DNA of 64,000 nucleotides, from the NCBI GenBank assembly GCA_030390025.1, contig CM059431.1:124932001-124996000 (forward strand), read 5' to 3'. Each line of letters starts with the position of its first letter. Within the stretch, counting starts at the first letter, position 1. The position numbers and the translations under genes were made by a program. Below, in pieces: positions 1-11,581 of the stretch. The notes below the pieces were generated by a model. That model was not told where the DNA came from, ran no database searches, and worked only from the letters and a program-made list of their open reading frames with translations. This DNA is from Squalus acanthias (taxonomy: Eukaryota).

Positions 1-831
1 CGACACTCGGGATGGTGCACCCGGTTACTCGCCCTTCGTCGAGGCGGCTCGTCCCGATTGAGCTCCACCCAACATTCGAATAACCGTCCAGTGCGGCTAA
101 AAGTCCAGAGTCAACAGTCCAGAGAAACAAGAGCACGAATCAAGCGAATAAGAGTCGAATCAAGAGCATCAGCCGAGATAAGAGAAAAATAAGAGCGATG
201 CCAGCGAATAAGAGACCGATGGACATTTGTTGTCTATAGTTATAGTGCTGTGTTCCCTTATCTCCCACCCAAATCTTAATGTTTGTCCTTTGTGAAATAT
301 TGGCGCTCAAAACTCCCAGCATGGGGTAATTCTTGTCTTTAACGGGTTTCGGTAGCACCTGAGACTGGCCAACTACCCGTTAATGTTTTCCCCATTGTTG
401 AACCGGCTCGGAGCCTCCCTGGTTGGGTTTTGGGGGCCTCCGAATACTTGTTTAATCACCCGAAAATGGCTCTCTCATTGTAGAGCCGTGGGGGTATTTG
501 CGTGTTGATGTGTCTGGATGGGCCTTCGATTGCCCAGTACAATGGTCCTTACTTGTGCATGGAAAACGATTCCAGCACTCATATCTTTTCCTATTGTCAC
601 AAATGCAAACAGGTTGCATCCTGTCTTTATCAGTGCTTATCGAAAATGTTTATTCGAACGCCATCTTGTCTGCCCACTGTACTTCTGGAAACTTCTGCCA
701 CGATGCGCGGCGGCCATTTTACAGGCTTCTGTGTCCTGTTTAATCATGACAGCATTTTGTTTAAATAAACTGATCAAACGAATCTGCTTCTATCTCGTTA
801 TTTCGAATTGCGATAATTGCGAAACTTTACA
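1..831 (-). mobile_element. LTR, partial (runs off the window start); same family as solo LTR 52429-54068
   Basis: 1-831 aligns by eye to ~53228-54068 and ends at the same terminus (...CGAAACTTTACA). It is followed directly by Harbinger Myb-gene 3' sequence. Confidence 0.85.
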
Positions 832-1886
832 CCACACAGACACTCAGCAGCCTTCCACCCGCCATGCTGCAGCCTTTGGGCCAACACTTTGTAGGAGCAC
901 TAGAGCAGGAAAAGGCACAGTAACGACAGGCACTAAGGGATTGCAAAAGGGTGAAAAGTAAATATTTTTGGTGTAAATATGTGTCCATTACTTTTTGATA
1001 AATTTATTACTTCACTTATCATTCTTTTGTGGTATCTCTAATTTCAGCTTTGCGCTGTGATATGGGCTGTGAGAGGGATGGAATGATAGGGATGTGGTGA
1101 GCTAAGGGGATCTGGGGTTTAAGTCATCCTGGTGTGAGGCTGGAGTTCTGTTTGGTGAAGGTGGCAGAGTTCTGTGACCACCTCCTTGTTGAAGTGGAGC
1201 TGTCTAATACACAGCTTCTCAATTACTTGAAGGTAGGAGAAGTGCTCTTGGAATACCCTCAGAGGGTAAGGCCTCCTGGTGAGAGTCCCAATGTCCCTCC
1301 TCATCTCCCTGTGCACACGTTCCCATATTTCTCGCTGCCTACACTACCTCCGCCATAGATCCTGGAGGGCAAGGTGGCATGCCAATACAGCCGCCATTAA
1401 TGTTACCAAGTGTAGCAGTTTGAATCTTTGAACAATAAATGTAGCTACTTTTTAGTTGCCAGAAGATTCCTGATACAAAAGAAACTTGAAATTACTGAAT
1501 GAAACTGTTGCAGTGGGTGAAACTAACAAAAAAGCAATGAAACTGCACTAATTGATAGCGGCAAGTGATTACTGATGATCCCTTTAAATGACATCCCTGG
1601 AGATGGCTTCCTGGTTCTCCCTGTCGGTGTGTACTCCAGGTGGTGAGGTAAGTGACGAGAATCAACTTTGCAAATTGGGCAGTCAGTGAGCGTTACACAC
1701 TCACTGATGTCACGATCTAGCTGGTGTTGACGTTCCCGGCGATACCTCTTACCGGTGGCACTACGGGGGTGCCGGATTTGGTGTGCAGCGCTGTATTCGC
1801 CTCGCCCCGTGACACTGATCTAGCGCCCCATAAGCGCCATCTAATTGCACTAACAGGAGGCGCTAAGGGGTTGAATTTTTCCCCCC
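832..1886. mobile_element. PIF/Harbinger transposon remnant (Myb-gene 3' end on +, transposase 5' end on -, right terminus)
   Basis: + strand TQQPSTRHAAAFGPTLCRSTRAGKG..TKG resembles the Myb-protein C-terminus at 27606-27929. The - strand carries the transposase N-terminus. TIR-like GAATTTTTCCCCCC ends at 1886. Confidence 0.7.
1119..1316 (-). pseudogene. Harbinger transposase (HARBI1-like) N-terminal fragment
   Basis: RRPYPLRVFQEHFSYLQVIEKLCIRQLHFNKEVVTELCHLHQTELQP matches the typical N-terminus of vertebrate Harbinger transposases. Confidence 0.7.
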
Positions 1887-1916
1887 GAACTATTATATTG
1901 CCTAAATGGAAATCAT

Positions 1917-2746
1917 GGGGGCCGATTTTATTAATGGGGGAGCGTTGGAGGCGGGACTGCTGCTTGGCAGGGTCGATGTCCTGCCTCCATCGATTTGTGG
2001 CCAACCCACGCTATTTTCCCTTGATTGACCTTGTTAAGCCCGCCCAGCAGGCTTAGCAGGCCAATTAAGGGAAAGCCGATTGCAGAGAACGTCAACGTAT
2101 CACGTTTCATCTGTCAAAAACTTTTGACAGATGAATTGTTATCGTTTGACAGCTCTGTGAAGCTTTCAAACAGTGACATTCTCTGCAGTTTGATGAGGTC
2201 TTGCATCAAGACCTCACCAAAGTTCTTTGTTTTACAGAAATGAGATGGTTGTTGCATCTGAGAATGCAACGGCCATCTGTCATCTCCAACACGGACGTCC
2301 GAGACTCTCCGCATACAAACCGACTGAAGCCTGCAGGAAGAAACAAAGGTAAGTACACTTTTAAAAACACTTTGCACTTACCTCAGATACTCACCTCTAC
2401 ACTCTTGCACCCATCACTTACCTTCACAGCACACTTTTGCACCCCCCCCCCCCGACCCCCACGGACCCAGTACTCGCCTCACTGACCTGACAGGTTTTGG
2501 AGCCTTCGAGAAGCCCGCACTTGTGAGGGCAAAAAGGGGATAATCCTCTTTTCTGCCTGTTAACTAGCTTTAATCCCTTCCCGCCTCCAAGGAGACGGGA
2601 CCCGGCGTGGGATGGCTACCTGCCTCCTAGGAAGATGGCATGGAGGTGGATTGGGGGCGGGTTAGGCACCTGCTCCCAAATTCTGCCATTTTCCCGGCAG
2701 TCCCGCCTACATACCTGCCTCCCCTAGGCTGGCAAAATCGCCCCCC
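1917..2746 (+). mobile_element. Non-autonomous Harbinger (MITE-like), family A copy 1
   Basis: TIRs GGGGGCCGATTTT / AAAATCGCCCCCC and internal hairpin TCATCTGTCAAAAACTTTTGACAGATGA. Homologous in reverse orientation to 11582-12426 and 50361-51195. Confidence 0.8.
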
Positions 2747-5207
2747 ATAGTCCCTCTCAGTCTGTCAATGACCAGGTTTACAACATTGACCTAAGCTATG
2801 ACCTCCACTCTGCTTTCCCACTCTGAAACCTATTTTGACTTTCCAACCAGCACATTCATAGTGGTATTGAGTTCTGGGGGTGAAAACCAAGGAAAATGGT
2901 GGGTGTCAATCAAACCATGCCCATCCACCATCATTTACATATGGCAAGGCAAGCTCAGGGCAGGCATTCTCACTTACTGGTGACTTCCTCAGAAGAAAAT
3001 AATGACTGGCTCTTTTTTCTTAATTTACTGCCACTATACTTCCTGTTTCTGGGTAGGTGTAACAAGAAAAATCTAGCTCAATATTTCATATTGTTTGTAA
3101 TGTTCCGAAGGCCGTAGCACCAAAACATGCCAAAGTCCCTATTTTTAGCCATTCACTGAGATGTATGTATTCTCATACAGCCAAACACACTCTGCAACCA
3201 CGATGCAATATTAATATGTTTGTTCACATCAATCTTATTTTTGAGGCATGCTGTCTTGTTTTTGCAGTGAATTAAGGCAATGATTTGCTTATTCTGCATC
3301 ATGGATACAGAAGGAACTGGATTGAGATTGCCTGAGCATTTTTTTACATAGAGTGCTTACATCTGGGAGAAAAGAGACTTCAGTCTTGTCCATCTGTATA
3401 GCATTCAATCCCAGCTTCCTGAAGTAAAAGGATTGTCTGCTGCTTCCCATTTCCCCTGTAGTTCAATTTCTATTGTGCCATTATGATTCAGATATGTGCT
3501 TGTGTCAACTTATGTCAGGAAGTCAAAAATGACAAAATACTTCTCTCTGATCACTGTTACTGTGGTCAGAAGAGCTCCTCAATTCAATTGCTTCTCTTTG
3601 ACTCCATCAGACCCTGTACTCTGCATATTCACTGACTCATTCCTTAAGAAGTTCTGCTCGGTAGCTAATTGCTTACTAATTAATATTCCTTGACAGGTTT
3701 ATGTTCTGAGTGTGTATTCATGGCATCTTCCTCACTATTGACAGAATTAGTAACTTGAAGACCTGGCTTATGATGTGAACATTACTTTTTTCGAACATGC
3801 ACACAAAAGCAAAAAAGTCAAGCACATTAAGACACAACAAATGAATCAATAGAGTATACAATTAGGGTATTAAAGCTGGATTTAAATGAAACAAGTGACA
3901 ATTTACAGTACAGTCTAAAAGAGCTTTGTCAGTTATTCACTGATTATTTTCATTGCATATAACATTGCAAATATTGTGGAATTTGGCAAGAACTTTCAGA
4001 ATGATACATGAGTGCCGTTGGGGAAAACAATGCACAGAAAACAAGAAACTAGGTGGTTACTCATAAAGTTCTGATTGACCTATTTGGAATTAGTATGATT
4101 AATGTGAGATGATACTATGGAAGCCTTTGCACACACAATGCGATGTAAATAATCGTTTGGAAAGCACTTTTTTGCAGAATTAGTTCTGGTTTTGCTCAAC
4201 AGTTTCTGGATCAATATGGCTGCTTTTTGGTTCCTGTGACCATTTTTCCATCTATCTTTCTGCTGCATTGCTGAGATCTTTGAAAATCATTGAATATCAT
4301 TGGAATTAAAGCATAGAAGGAGGCCATTCAGCCCAGTAAATCTGTGCCAATGCTGGCATTTTAGCTAGAGCTATCTACTCTAATCCCATTTCCATATCTT
4401 TTCTCATATCCTTTCATATTCTTCCTATTCAAATACTTATCCAGTTCCCTATAAAATGATGTTATTGTCTCTACTTGAATAGTTATTTGTAGTAAAGCAT
4501 ACCATATTCTAATAAATCTGTGTGAAACAGTTTTTTCTTCTTTATTCTTTTAGTGATAAACCTGACTCTATGGGCTGGATTTTCTGGGGGGTCTGCGGGC
4601 GTGATTGGTGACAGGTTGGGTGGGAAAGTGTTTTTTCTCCCCAGTGGGTCGGAACCCCGCTGTGAACCCGCTGCCATGCGCCTTTACCAAATGATGGGTC
4701 TGTCAGAGCTGAGCAGATCTGACAGGCAGCGGCGGGGGAGGCAATTAAAATCATTAGTGGCTTGTTTACAGCCACTGATCAATGGTTTTTTCCCAGCTTT
4801 TTGGATTTGACAGGTTAACTACTGGTTTCCCGCTGTGCCTAGACCTCGTCTGTGAAGCTGAGGTGGGAGGTCAGTGGCCATTGAATCAGCTGATGAGTTG
4901 ACAGCTTCAAATGTCAAATCAAAGCTCCCAGCTGATTGAGATATGTTCCCTTAACCACTAGCTTCTCTAAACTGCATTTCCACTACAGATTCAGGATGCT
5001 GCAAGTCTTCACACAAGTCTCCATCCAGTCTGACCTCATTACCTCTCTCACCATTGACAGATCGCTTCCTTCATCTCTACTTCACCTGCCATCTATTCAA
5101 TCAGCATGGGTGCCCTTGATCCTCTCTGACCTTGGTCCTCAGAATCTCACCGCGATCAGCCCCAACACCAGCAGCACCAGGCACACCAGCAGCACCAATG
5201 ACAACAC

Positions 5208-5508
5208 GAGCAACACGGTGGCATAGTGGTTAGCACTGTTGCCTCACAGCGCCAGGGACCCGGGTGCGAATCCGGCCATGGGTGACTGTCTGTGTGGAGT
5301 TTGCACATTCTCCCCGTGTCTGCGTGGGTTTCCTCCGGGTGCTCCGGTTTCCTCCCACAGTCCAAAGATGTGTGGGTTAGGTTGATTTGGCTATGATAAA
5401 TTGACCCTTAGTGTAAGGGGGGATTAAATACGGGGATAGGGTAGGATATTTGTCGGTGCAGGCTCGATGGGCCGAAATGGCCTCTATCTGCATTGTGGGA
5501 ATTCTGTG
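5208..5508 (+). mobile_element. tRNA-derived V-SINE (HE1-like, elasmobranch)
   Basis: A box TGGCATAGTGG and B box GGTGCGAATCC, V-domain GTGGAGTTTGCACATTCTCCCCGTGTCTGCGTGGGTTTCCTCCGGGTGCTCCGGTTTCCTCCCAC, CR1-like 3' tail (GATGGGCCGAAATGGCCT), flanking AACAC direct repeats. Confidence 0.92.
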
Positions 5509-6108
5509 AACACCAACCGTCTCCACAATCAATTGATGCTGCACAGGACACAGGGCATCAGCACTTGACCACATTGCTGCCCGGGAGGCTAGGGATGGCC
5601 AGATTTACTTCACTTGATGCTGTACACCCACATGATGCGCCAGGTTGGCACCACCCCACACCAACAACATAAAGCACCCCTACAGTGCCCAAGCCATTCC
5701 TTTTACACTCATCACCATTGCGGGGAGTACTGTTATGTCTCACCATTCACTGCAACTCACTAAGCCACTTCCAAAGGTGCACACAAATCTGTCCAAGAAC
5801 ACAAAGTGTTGAAAATAAAGGTTTCAGTGTTTGGCACCACATTAACAGAAACTTTACATGAACATTGCAAAAACACCCAAGTATCTACCCTTGTGTGTTG
5901 TTAGTTGTTATGATTGCACTATAATGAGGGTGAGTGTGAGGGGTGGCTAGTGAGATGGGATGTGATAATGTAGATAGAGAGGGATATGTGGAGGTGCAAG
6001 GTAAGTTGGTGTGAGTAAGGATGTGCAGGAGTGGGATAGGGAAGGCAGAGTGATGGGGATGTGATGAGAGGCACAGTAGGATGAGGTTGAGTATGGCTTT
6101 GTACTAAC

Positions 6109-6348
6109 ATTTTGTGATCTACTGAGATAATTGAAATGTTTGCGGCACTGCAGCCTGGTCCTCCTGACCACATCCCTGTTTGTGCCCTCCTCGGCAATGT
6201 GCAACCAGACTGTGTTGATCTTCTGGGGAGGTCTCTTCCGCCCATTGGAAGGGAAGGGGACCCCCCTGTGTGCGGTGACTCCCTCCATAAGCATATGGAG
6301 GGAGTCATGGGAGAGACTGGGTGCAGCCCTGCACCTCTGTGCAGTGCT
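6109..6348 (-). pseudogene. Harbinger Myb/SANT-like protein exon 1 remnant
   Basis: AAPSLSHDSLHMLMEGV..FPSNGRKRPPQKINTVWLHIAEE..RTRLQCRKHFNYL followed by a GTTAGT donor. Confidence 0.75.
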
Positions 6349-7106
6349 TGTCAGTGTTTTCAGCACCTCAATGCTGTAGAACACTGACAGCACAAATGTC
6401 AAAGTAAAGTTGGCCATGGTCCCTTTAAGGAAACCGGCTGATGACGCATCATCAAATGACGTCACCAGACCTGCTTCCTCTAATTGTCCGGCAAATGCGC
6501 TGGGCGGGCTTAACAAGTCCAATCTGGGGAAATTCATTTCAGTGGCCCGGATGAGACAGCAGCGGGGTCGGGACCCACCACCGACATCGCCCGCCACAGA
6601 CCCGCCGAGGTTCGTAAAATCGCGGCAATTGAATTCTGGCTACTGACTTACTAACCAATGGAAAAACATTTGTAACTGTTCACCCTCTCAAAACCTTTCA
6701 TAATCTTGAAAACATTGATTGAATCTATTTAATCTACTATTTTCCAATAAAAAAAAACAAATTGGGGCAGAGGTCATTTCCACTGGTTTTTTGCCCCAAA
6801 ATTGATGTGCCCGTGTTTACGATTACATTTTGCACCTTCTCGTCATCCTCCACATGAGTCTCAACAGAGCTCATTTAAATAAACTAAAATGAGGACCAAT
6901 GGTGCTAGAAATTTCTGAGGTTATGCTCGCATTGCACTGGACTAACTTACAACACAACTTATAAGATGTATCTATTGGTGGTATCAAATGAGATAGGTGG
7001 AAGTGAGGAATTTCTGAGCCTGAAGAATACAGAAACTTTGAGAACAGATTACTAGAGATGGGAAAGAATTTTTGGAGCTTTTATTTTTGCTTTGGTACTG
7101 GATCTT

Positions 7107-7920
7107 TGTAAGAAATCGTGGATTGAAAGAAATAATAGTCTGTTAGGGGTTCCCTAGATCAGCAGTTTGCCTAATTTGATGACACAGAAAGATTCCAGTC
7201 ACGTCAGAAAAATAGCTGTACAGAGAGTTGAATTGCAAGGTCAGAACACAAAAAACAGGCCTTCGAGTGGGCATAACTAGGCCTGATATGGGATGTAGCA
7301 AGGATAAACAAGCTGTCTACAAAGAGGGCAACAAGACCTTTAGAACAGAGATAAGGAGGAAAATGACCTCATGAGGCTGGGAGGGGGCTGTCATAGTAGC
7401 CTCTCCCTTGTAATTGGACAATAGGATGGGGTACAAATGATTGACACCAGGTATCCACCAGCCCACCGAAATAACTATAAATATAGACCACCAAGAGAGG
7501 AAATCAGACAGCGAGGGGCGAAGGCTTCTTCGAGGTGGAAATCAATGCTGGCTCAGGCCTAACACCTTGACAAAGTTTAGCCTCTGAGGTGGATCAATGC
7601 TGGTTTATGCCGAACACCTCCAACAGCTCGAGGGACGAATCAACAGAAGTGACTGCTGTTACTGGCTGCAGAGACCCGCTGACCCGAGACCTCCACGCTG
7701 TCTCACCAGACATCTAACCAACCGTCCGTCCGGTCATGGCATTCCAATTCGGGAGTTGGAGATCGCTCTCTACTGTCACGGGTTGTATGTCTATTATACT
7801 CAGCTTAAACCATATGTAATATCTGATTATGCTTTAAAACTGTAGCTCTTTAATAAAATGCCTTGCAACTCCTAAGGCTCTTTGGGTAATCTGTGTGTGA
7901 CCTGTGATCCTAATTTTACA
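7107..7920 (+). repeat. 5' LTR (814 bp)
   Basis: TGTAAGAAATC...CCTAATTTTACA, with CTATAAATA TATA-like motif (~7477) and AATAAA (~7852). Direct repeat of 14395-15216. Confidence 0.95.
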
Positions 7921-7921
7921 G

Positions 7922-7939
7922 TGGTGTCAGAAGTGGGAT
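7922..7939 (+). promoter_or_regulatory. Primer binding site, tRNA-Leu
   Basis: TGGTGTCAGAAGTGGGAT one base after the LTR, complementary to the tRNA-Leu 3' end ...ATCCCACTTCTGACACCA. Confidence 0.9.
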
Positions 7940-8054
7940 CACAGAGTTAGGAGTTGTGAGGTTCTGGTTGGGGAGATCAGAGGGTGTTGTGTTTTTTTCT
8001 CTCTGATAGAAGGGAGCGGGAAAGAGCGTGTTGAAAGGTAAAACCAGAAATACA

Positions 8055-10448
8055 ATGGCGTTGGCATATCATCGAGAATTATTAATAGACAGTTTGGCAG
8101 AAAAAGTCGGTAAGGCTGCAGCCACGGGCGTTCAAGGAATTTTAGAAGATAGCAGCGGGCACTATGATTGCATTCTTGACAAGCTTTTGGCTGGCATCCA
8201 CCAAAACAAACTTAAGCTGAAAAAAGGCCGGGATCAGTTGGCGTACGGGGCACACTTATGTGCTGCGCAGCTAAATCAGGAGGTTAAAGGGTTAAGGGAG
8301 TCAATATGCCGGCTGCAGCAGGACACTCTGCGCTCCGCACCCAGCTGTCCCGGGAGCAAAGAGAACATGAGAAAACACAGCGTGCCCAAAGGAAGCTGGA
8401 CCAGATCCTAGACAACGACATTGAGTTACAGGCAGAGAACCGTAGGTTGAGAGAGGAGTTGGAAGATGCGAGGGGGCAGGAAGGGAACTGAATCGACAGC
8501 AAAGCACTGATTCCCCCGGGGCAGACCACGCCCTGTGCCTAGAAACAATCCTGCAGCTTCAGGCACAAATTGGCCAACAGCGAACAGTAGTGGCTGCTGT
8601 TTCCAAAATTAAACCGGCAGATCCCAACTCTTGTTGGGACGGTTTGGGACAGAGCCCTATTCCCACTGCTCCACCTTCGTTGTGCAGGGGGCTGAGGCAG
8701 GCAAGGTAGATGAGGCAATGCCAGTGTATGTGGTCATCCGATCAAAGGCAGAACCGGAGCCCAGGGAGGAAGCAGGCGAGGCGACCCCCTCAAGCACTAG
8801 TAGGATAGAAACAACTACCCGACGGCCCCTTACTGCGGTCAAGGTCGGGGCACTTAAAATTAACTTGGGAACGAAGGGAGTCCACACTGACCCCCTCGAG
8901 CTCAGGCAGCGGTGGAGGAATTTTAAAATTACACATCCAGAACTAGGAGGGAGCGACCTTAAACAGGTCCTCCTGGAGACATGTTCCATGGAACTGAAGC
9001 AAGACATGGGTCAGGGCATTTTAGAAGGGGGCGATATTGAGGCTATTGAGGCTGAACTATGCCGAGTGTTGGGGGAGGATAGCCTCGACTTCCACCAACT
9101 CCTCGCCAACACCAAACAGAGCCCTACTGAGAGCCCCAACACTTTCGGGCAGAAACTCCACAATATCTTTCAGCGCACCAGGGGGGGAACAGGGGAACAC
9201 ACGACAACCCGGGCTTCAAAACCCTCTTCCTTAATGGCCTCCAACCATTGGTCTGCAACGCGCCAGGCGTTTACGTCTTTAAAGACACCAGGTGCAGCAA
9301 GTGATTAAGAAGGCAAATGGAATGTTGGCTTTCATTGCTAGGGGGATAGAATATAAAAATAGGGAGGTATTGCTTCAGTTGTACAAGGTATTGGTGAGAC
9401 CGCACCTGGAATACTGCATACAGTTTTGGTGTCCTTACTTAAGGAAAGACATACTTGCTCTCGAGGCAGTGCAAAAAAGGTTCACTCGGTTAATCCCGGG
9501 GATGAGGGGATGGACATATGAGGAGAGGTTGGGTAGATTGGGACTCTACTCATTGGCGTTCAGAAGAATGAGAGGCGATCTTATTGAAACATATAAGATT
9601 GTGAAGGGGTTGGATCGGGTGGATGTGGGGAGGATGTTCCCGATGGCGGGTGAGACTAGAACTAGGGAACATAGTCTTAGAATAAGGGGCTGCTCTTTCA
9701 AAACTGAGATGAGGAGGAACTACTTCACTCAGAGGGTGGTAGGTCAATGGAATATGCTGCCACAAAAAGCTGTAGAAGCTACATCATTAAATAAATTTAA
9801 AACAGAAATAGACAGTTTCCTAGAAGTAAAGGGCATTAAGGGTTACGGGGAGCGGGCAGGAATTTGGACATGAGTCTAGGTTCGGATCGGTCATGGCCCT
9901 GTGGGTAGTGGAGCGGGCCCAGGGACCGTGTAGCCTGATTCTGCTCCTATTTCGTGTGTGCAATTCTGTTAGATGCAGGAGATGGTTCTGTGATAGTAGA
10001 TAGTAGATTGGCGGTTAGGATCAGATCAGCCATGATCTTATTGAATGGCGGAGCAGGCTCGAGGGGCCGATTGGCCTACTACTGCTCCTATTTCTTATGT
10101 TCTTATGTTAACTGGGAAAAATTGCAGACTCGCACCCAGGCTGCGTGGGACCAGACCCGTGCCAGTCTCCCCCAAGGCGCAGTAGCGGCCGTTGAAGGCC
10201 CGCTGCCTAACCAGAGGTCAGGGGAGCCCAGAACATCCGCGCCAGGGAAAAACCGCTCAATACGCTGCTATCTCTGCCACCGCCTAGGCCACTGTGCCCG
10301 TCAATGCTACAATTCCCCAAGGCAGACAGGCCCCGACCCAGTCGACCAGAGGCTTGAGAGTGTGGAGGTAGCCCCAGCCGCCCTAAGCACCAGTCAGAAA
10401 GGCCTACAACAGCAGAATGGGTCATTTCCATCGCCACCCGCGCTATGA
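8055..10448 (+). pseudogene. gag: gag (frameshifted, CR1-interrupted): N-terminal coiled coil, capsid-like region, CCHC zinc knuckle
   Basis: ORFs 8028-8411, 8306-8491, 8631-9308 and the 3' part of 9954-10448. CYLCHRLGHCARQC knuckle at ~10266-10308. Confidence 0.85.
9291..10108 (+). mobile_element. CR1 LINE 3' fragment inserted in gag
   Basis: LYKVLVRPHLEYCIQFW...RRMRGDLIETYKI...; tail TTCTTATGTTCTTATG; gag reading resumes afterwards (NWEKLQTRTQAAW). Confidence 0.95.
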
Positions 10449-11262
10449 CTCCCACAGGTAAAAAGGGGAGGGGCGGCTTCCCCTCTCCAACACAATGGTC
10501 ACGGGAGGCCGGTAGTCCGCACTGTTGATTCGGGAGGCCATCAACAACTAATGCTGGTCGACTCTGGGTCCTCTGTCACCATCATCCACGATCCCCACCC
10601 CGACCCCACAAAGGGTGTGCCCCAGCTTCTATCAGGTTTCTACAATTCAACCCAGGTGACCATACAAGGGACCCTTTCCATTGTATTGGACATAGCAGGG
10701 GCGCAGGTCGTGGTTCAAATCCCCATCTATATGTCTATGCATACCGGGCAGGGAATATTAGGTAGCGATGTGCTCAGCAGTCATCAGGCAGTGGCTGACT
10801 ATGCCAACAATTGTATCTGATGGAACCTTCAAAATGGACCCCCCACACACATTCGGTATTCGCGATTAAAAAATCAGAGGACTACGAACCAGCCACCTCT
10901 GCAGACCCGGAAGTCCGGGCGATCCTAGAATCAGTCCCGGGAGTATTCACAACCCACAAACATGATTGCGGAGGCATAACCGAACCCGAGGAGATTAACG
11001 GTCCGGCCCACGCCCCTGTAAAACAATACTCATACTCGGCCAAGAGTAGACCATACATTTGAACTACCATCGAGTCATTGTTAAAGCAGGATGTTGTCCG
11101 CAAAGGCACATGTACAACTAACTCCTCCGTCTGGCCAGTCAAGAAGCCAGATGACAGTTGACGGTTAACTATCGACTACCGCAAGCTCAACTCAGTCACC
11201 CCCGTGTGTGTTCCGGTGGTTCGGGAGACACCCACCCTACTCTCCCAGATTCCCAGTGGCAG
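10449..11262 (+). pseudogene. pol: Aspartic protease and 5' part of reverse transcriptase (pol truncated)
   Basis: LVDSGSSVTII and GILGSDVL protease motifs. RT start VFTTHKHDCG..VKQY..NSSVWPVKKPDDS*RLTIDYRKLNSVT. Similarity stops before the YxDD motif. Confidence 0.88.
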
Positions 11263-11581
11263 TAAATCAGTACAGAATGAGATTCAGTAGAAAACATCAG
11301 AAATTGAAAATTGGCTTAAGGGAGAAATGATAAAATAGTTATGATAGAATAAAGGAGAAAAGGGAAGATCATGTCTCTTTTCTGCTGTTCTGCAGGTTTT
11401 TATTTGTTTTCAGTGTGAATGTTAATGTCTTTTTACAAAGCCTCTATGAATGTTTAAGAAGAATGTGCGAATAAGATTGTGCACCCGGAATTGAAAAAAA
11501 AAAACTTTGAACGACAATTTAAGTTAAGCTGGTGTGGAAAAACTGAGAAAAACAAAAAAAGTTTGTTTAACAAAAGATTAA

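Larger units (their letters stand above)
4572..6627. mobile_element. Internally deleted Harbinger element
   Basis: Left TIR GGGCTGGATTTT, right AAAATCGCGGCA. Gln/His-rich transposase 5' remnant (+, ~5105-5620) and Myb exon 1 (-). Confidence 0.75.
4283..6750 (-). mobile_element. Old CR1 3' fragment split by the Harbinger element (pieces ~4283-4571 and ~6628-6750)
   Basis: AGAAGGAGGCCATTCAGCCC (CR1 3' stem region) on the left. CACCCTCTCAAAACCTTTCATAATCTTGAAAAC continues the CR1 RT 3' sequence on the right. Confidence 0.55.

Noticed and set aside
518..961. 147-aa ORF as a gene
   Set aside because: It is a chimeric read-through from LTR sequence into a Harbinger Myb 3' end, and the frame is not preserved in the second LTR copy.
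5208..5280. tRNA gene
   Set aside because: The A and B boxes belong to the tRNA-derived head of a V-SINE that continues into the V domain and a LINE-like tail.
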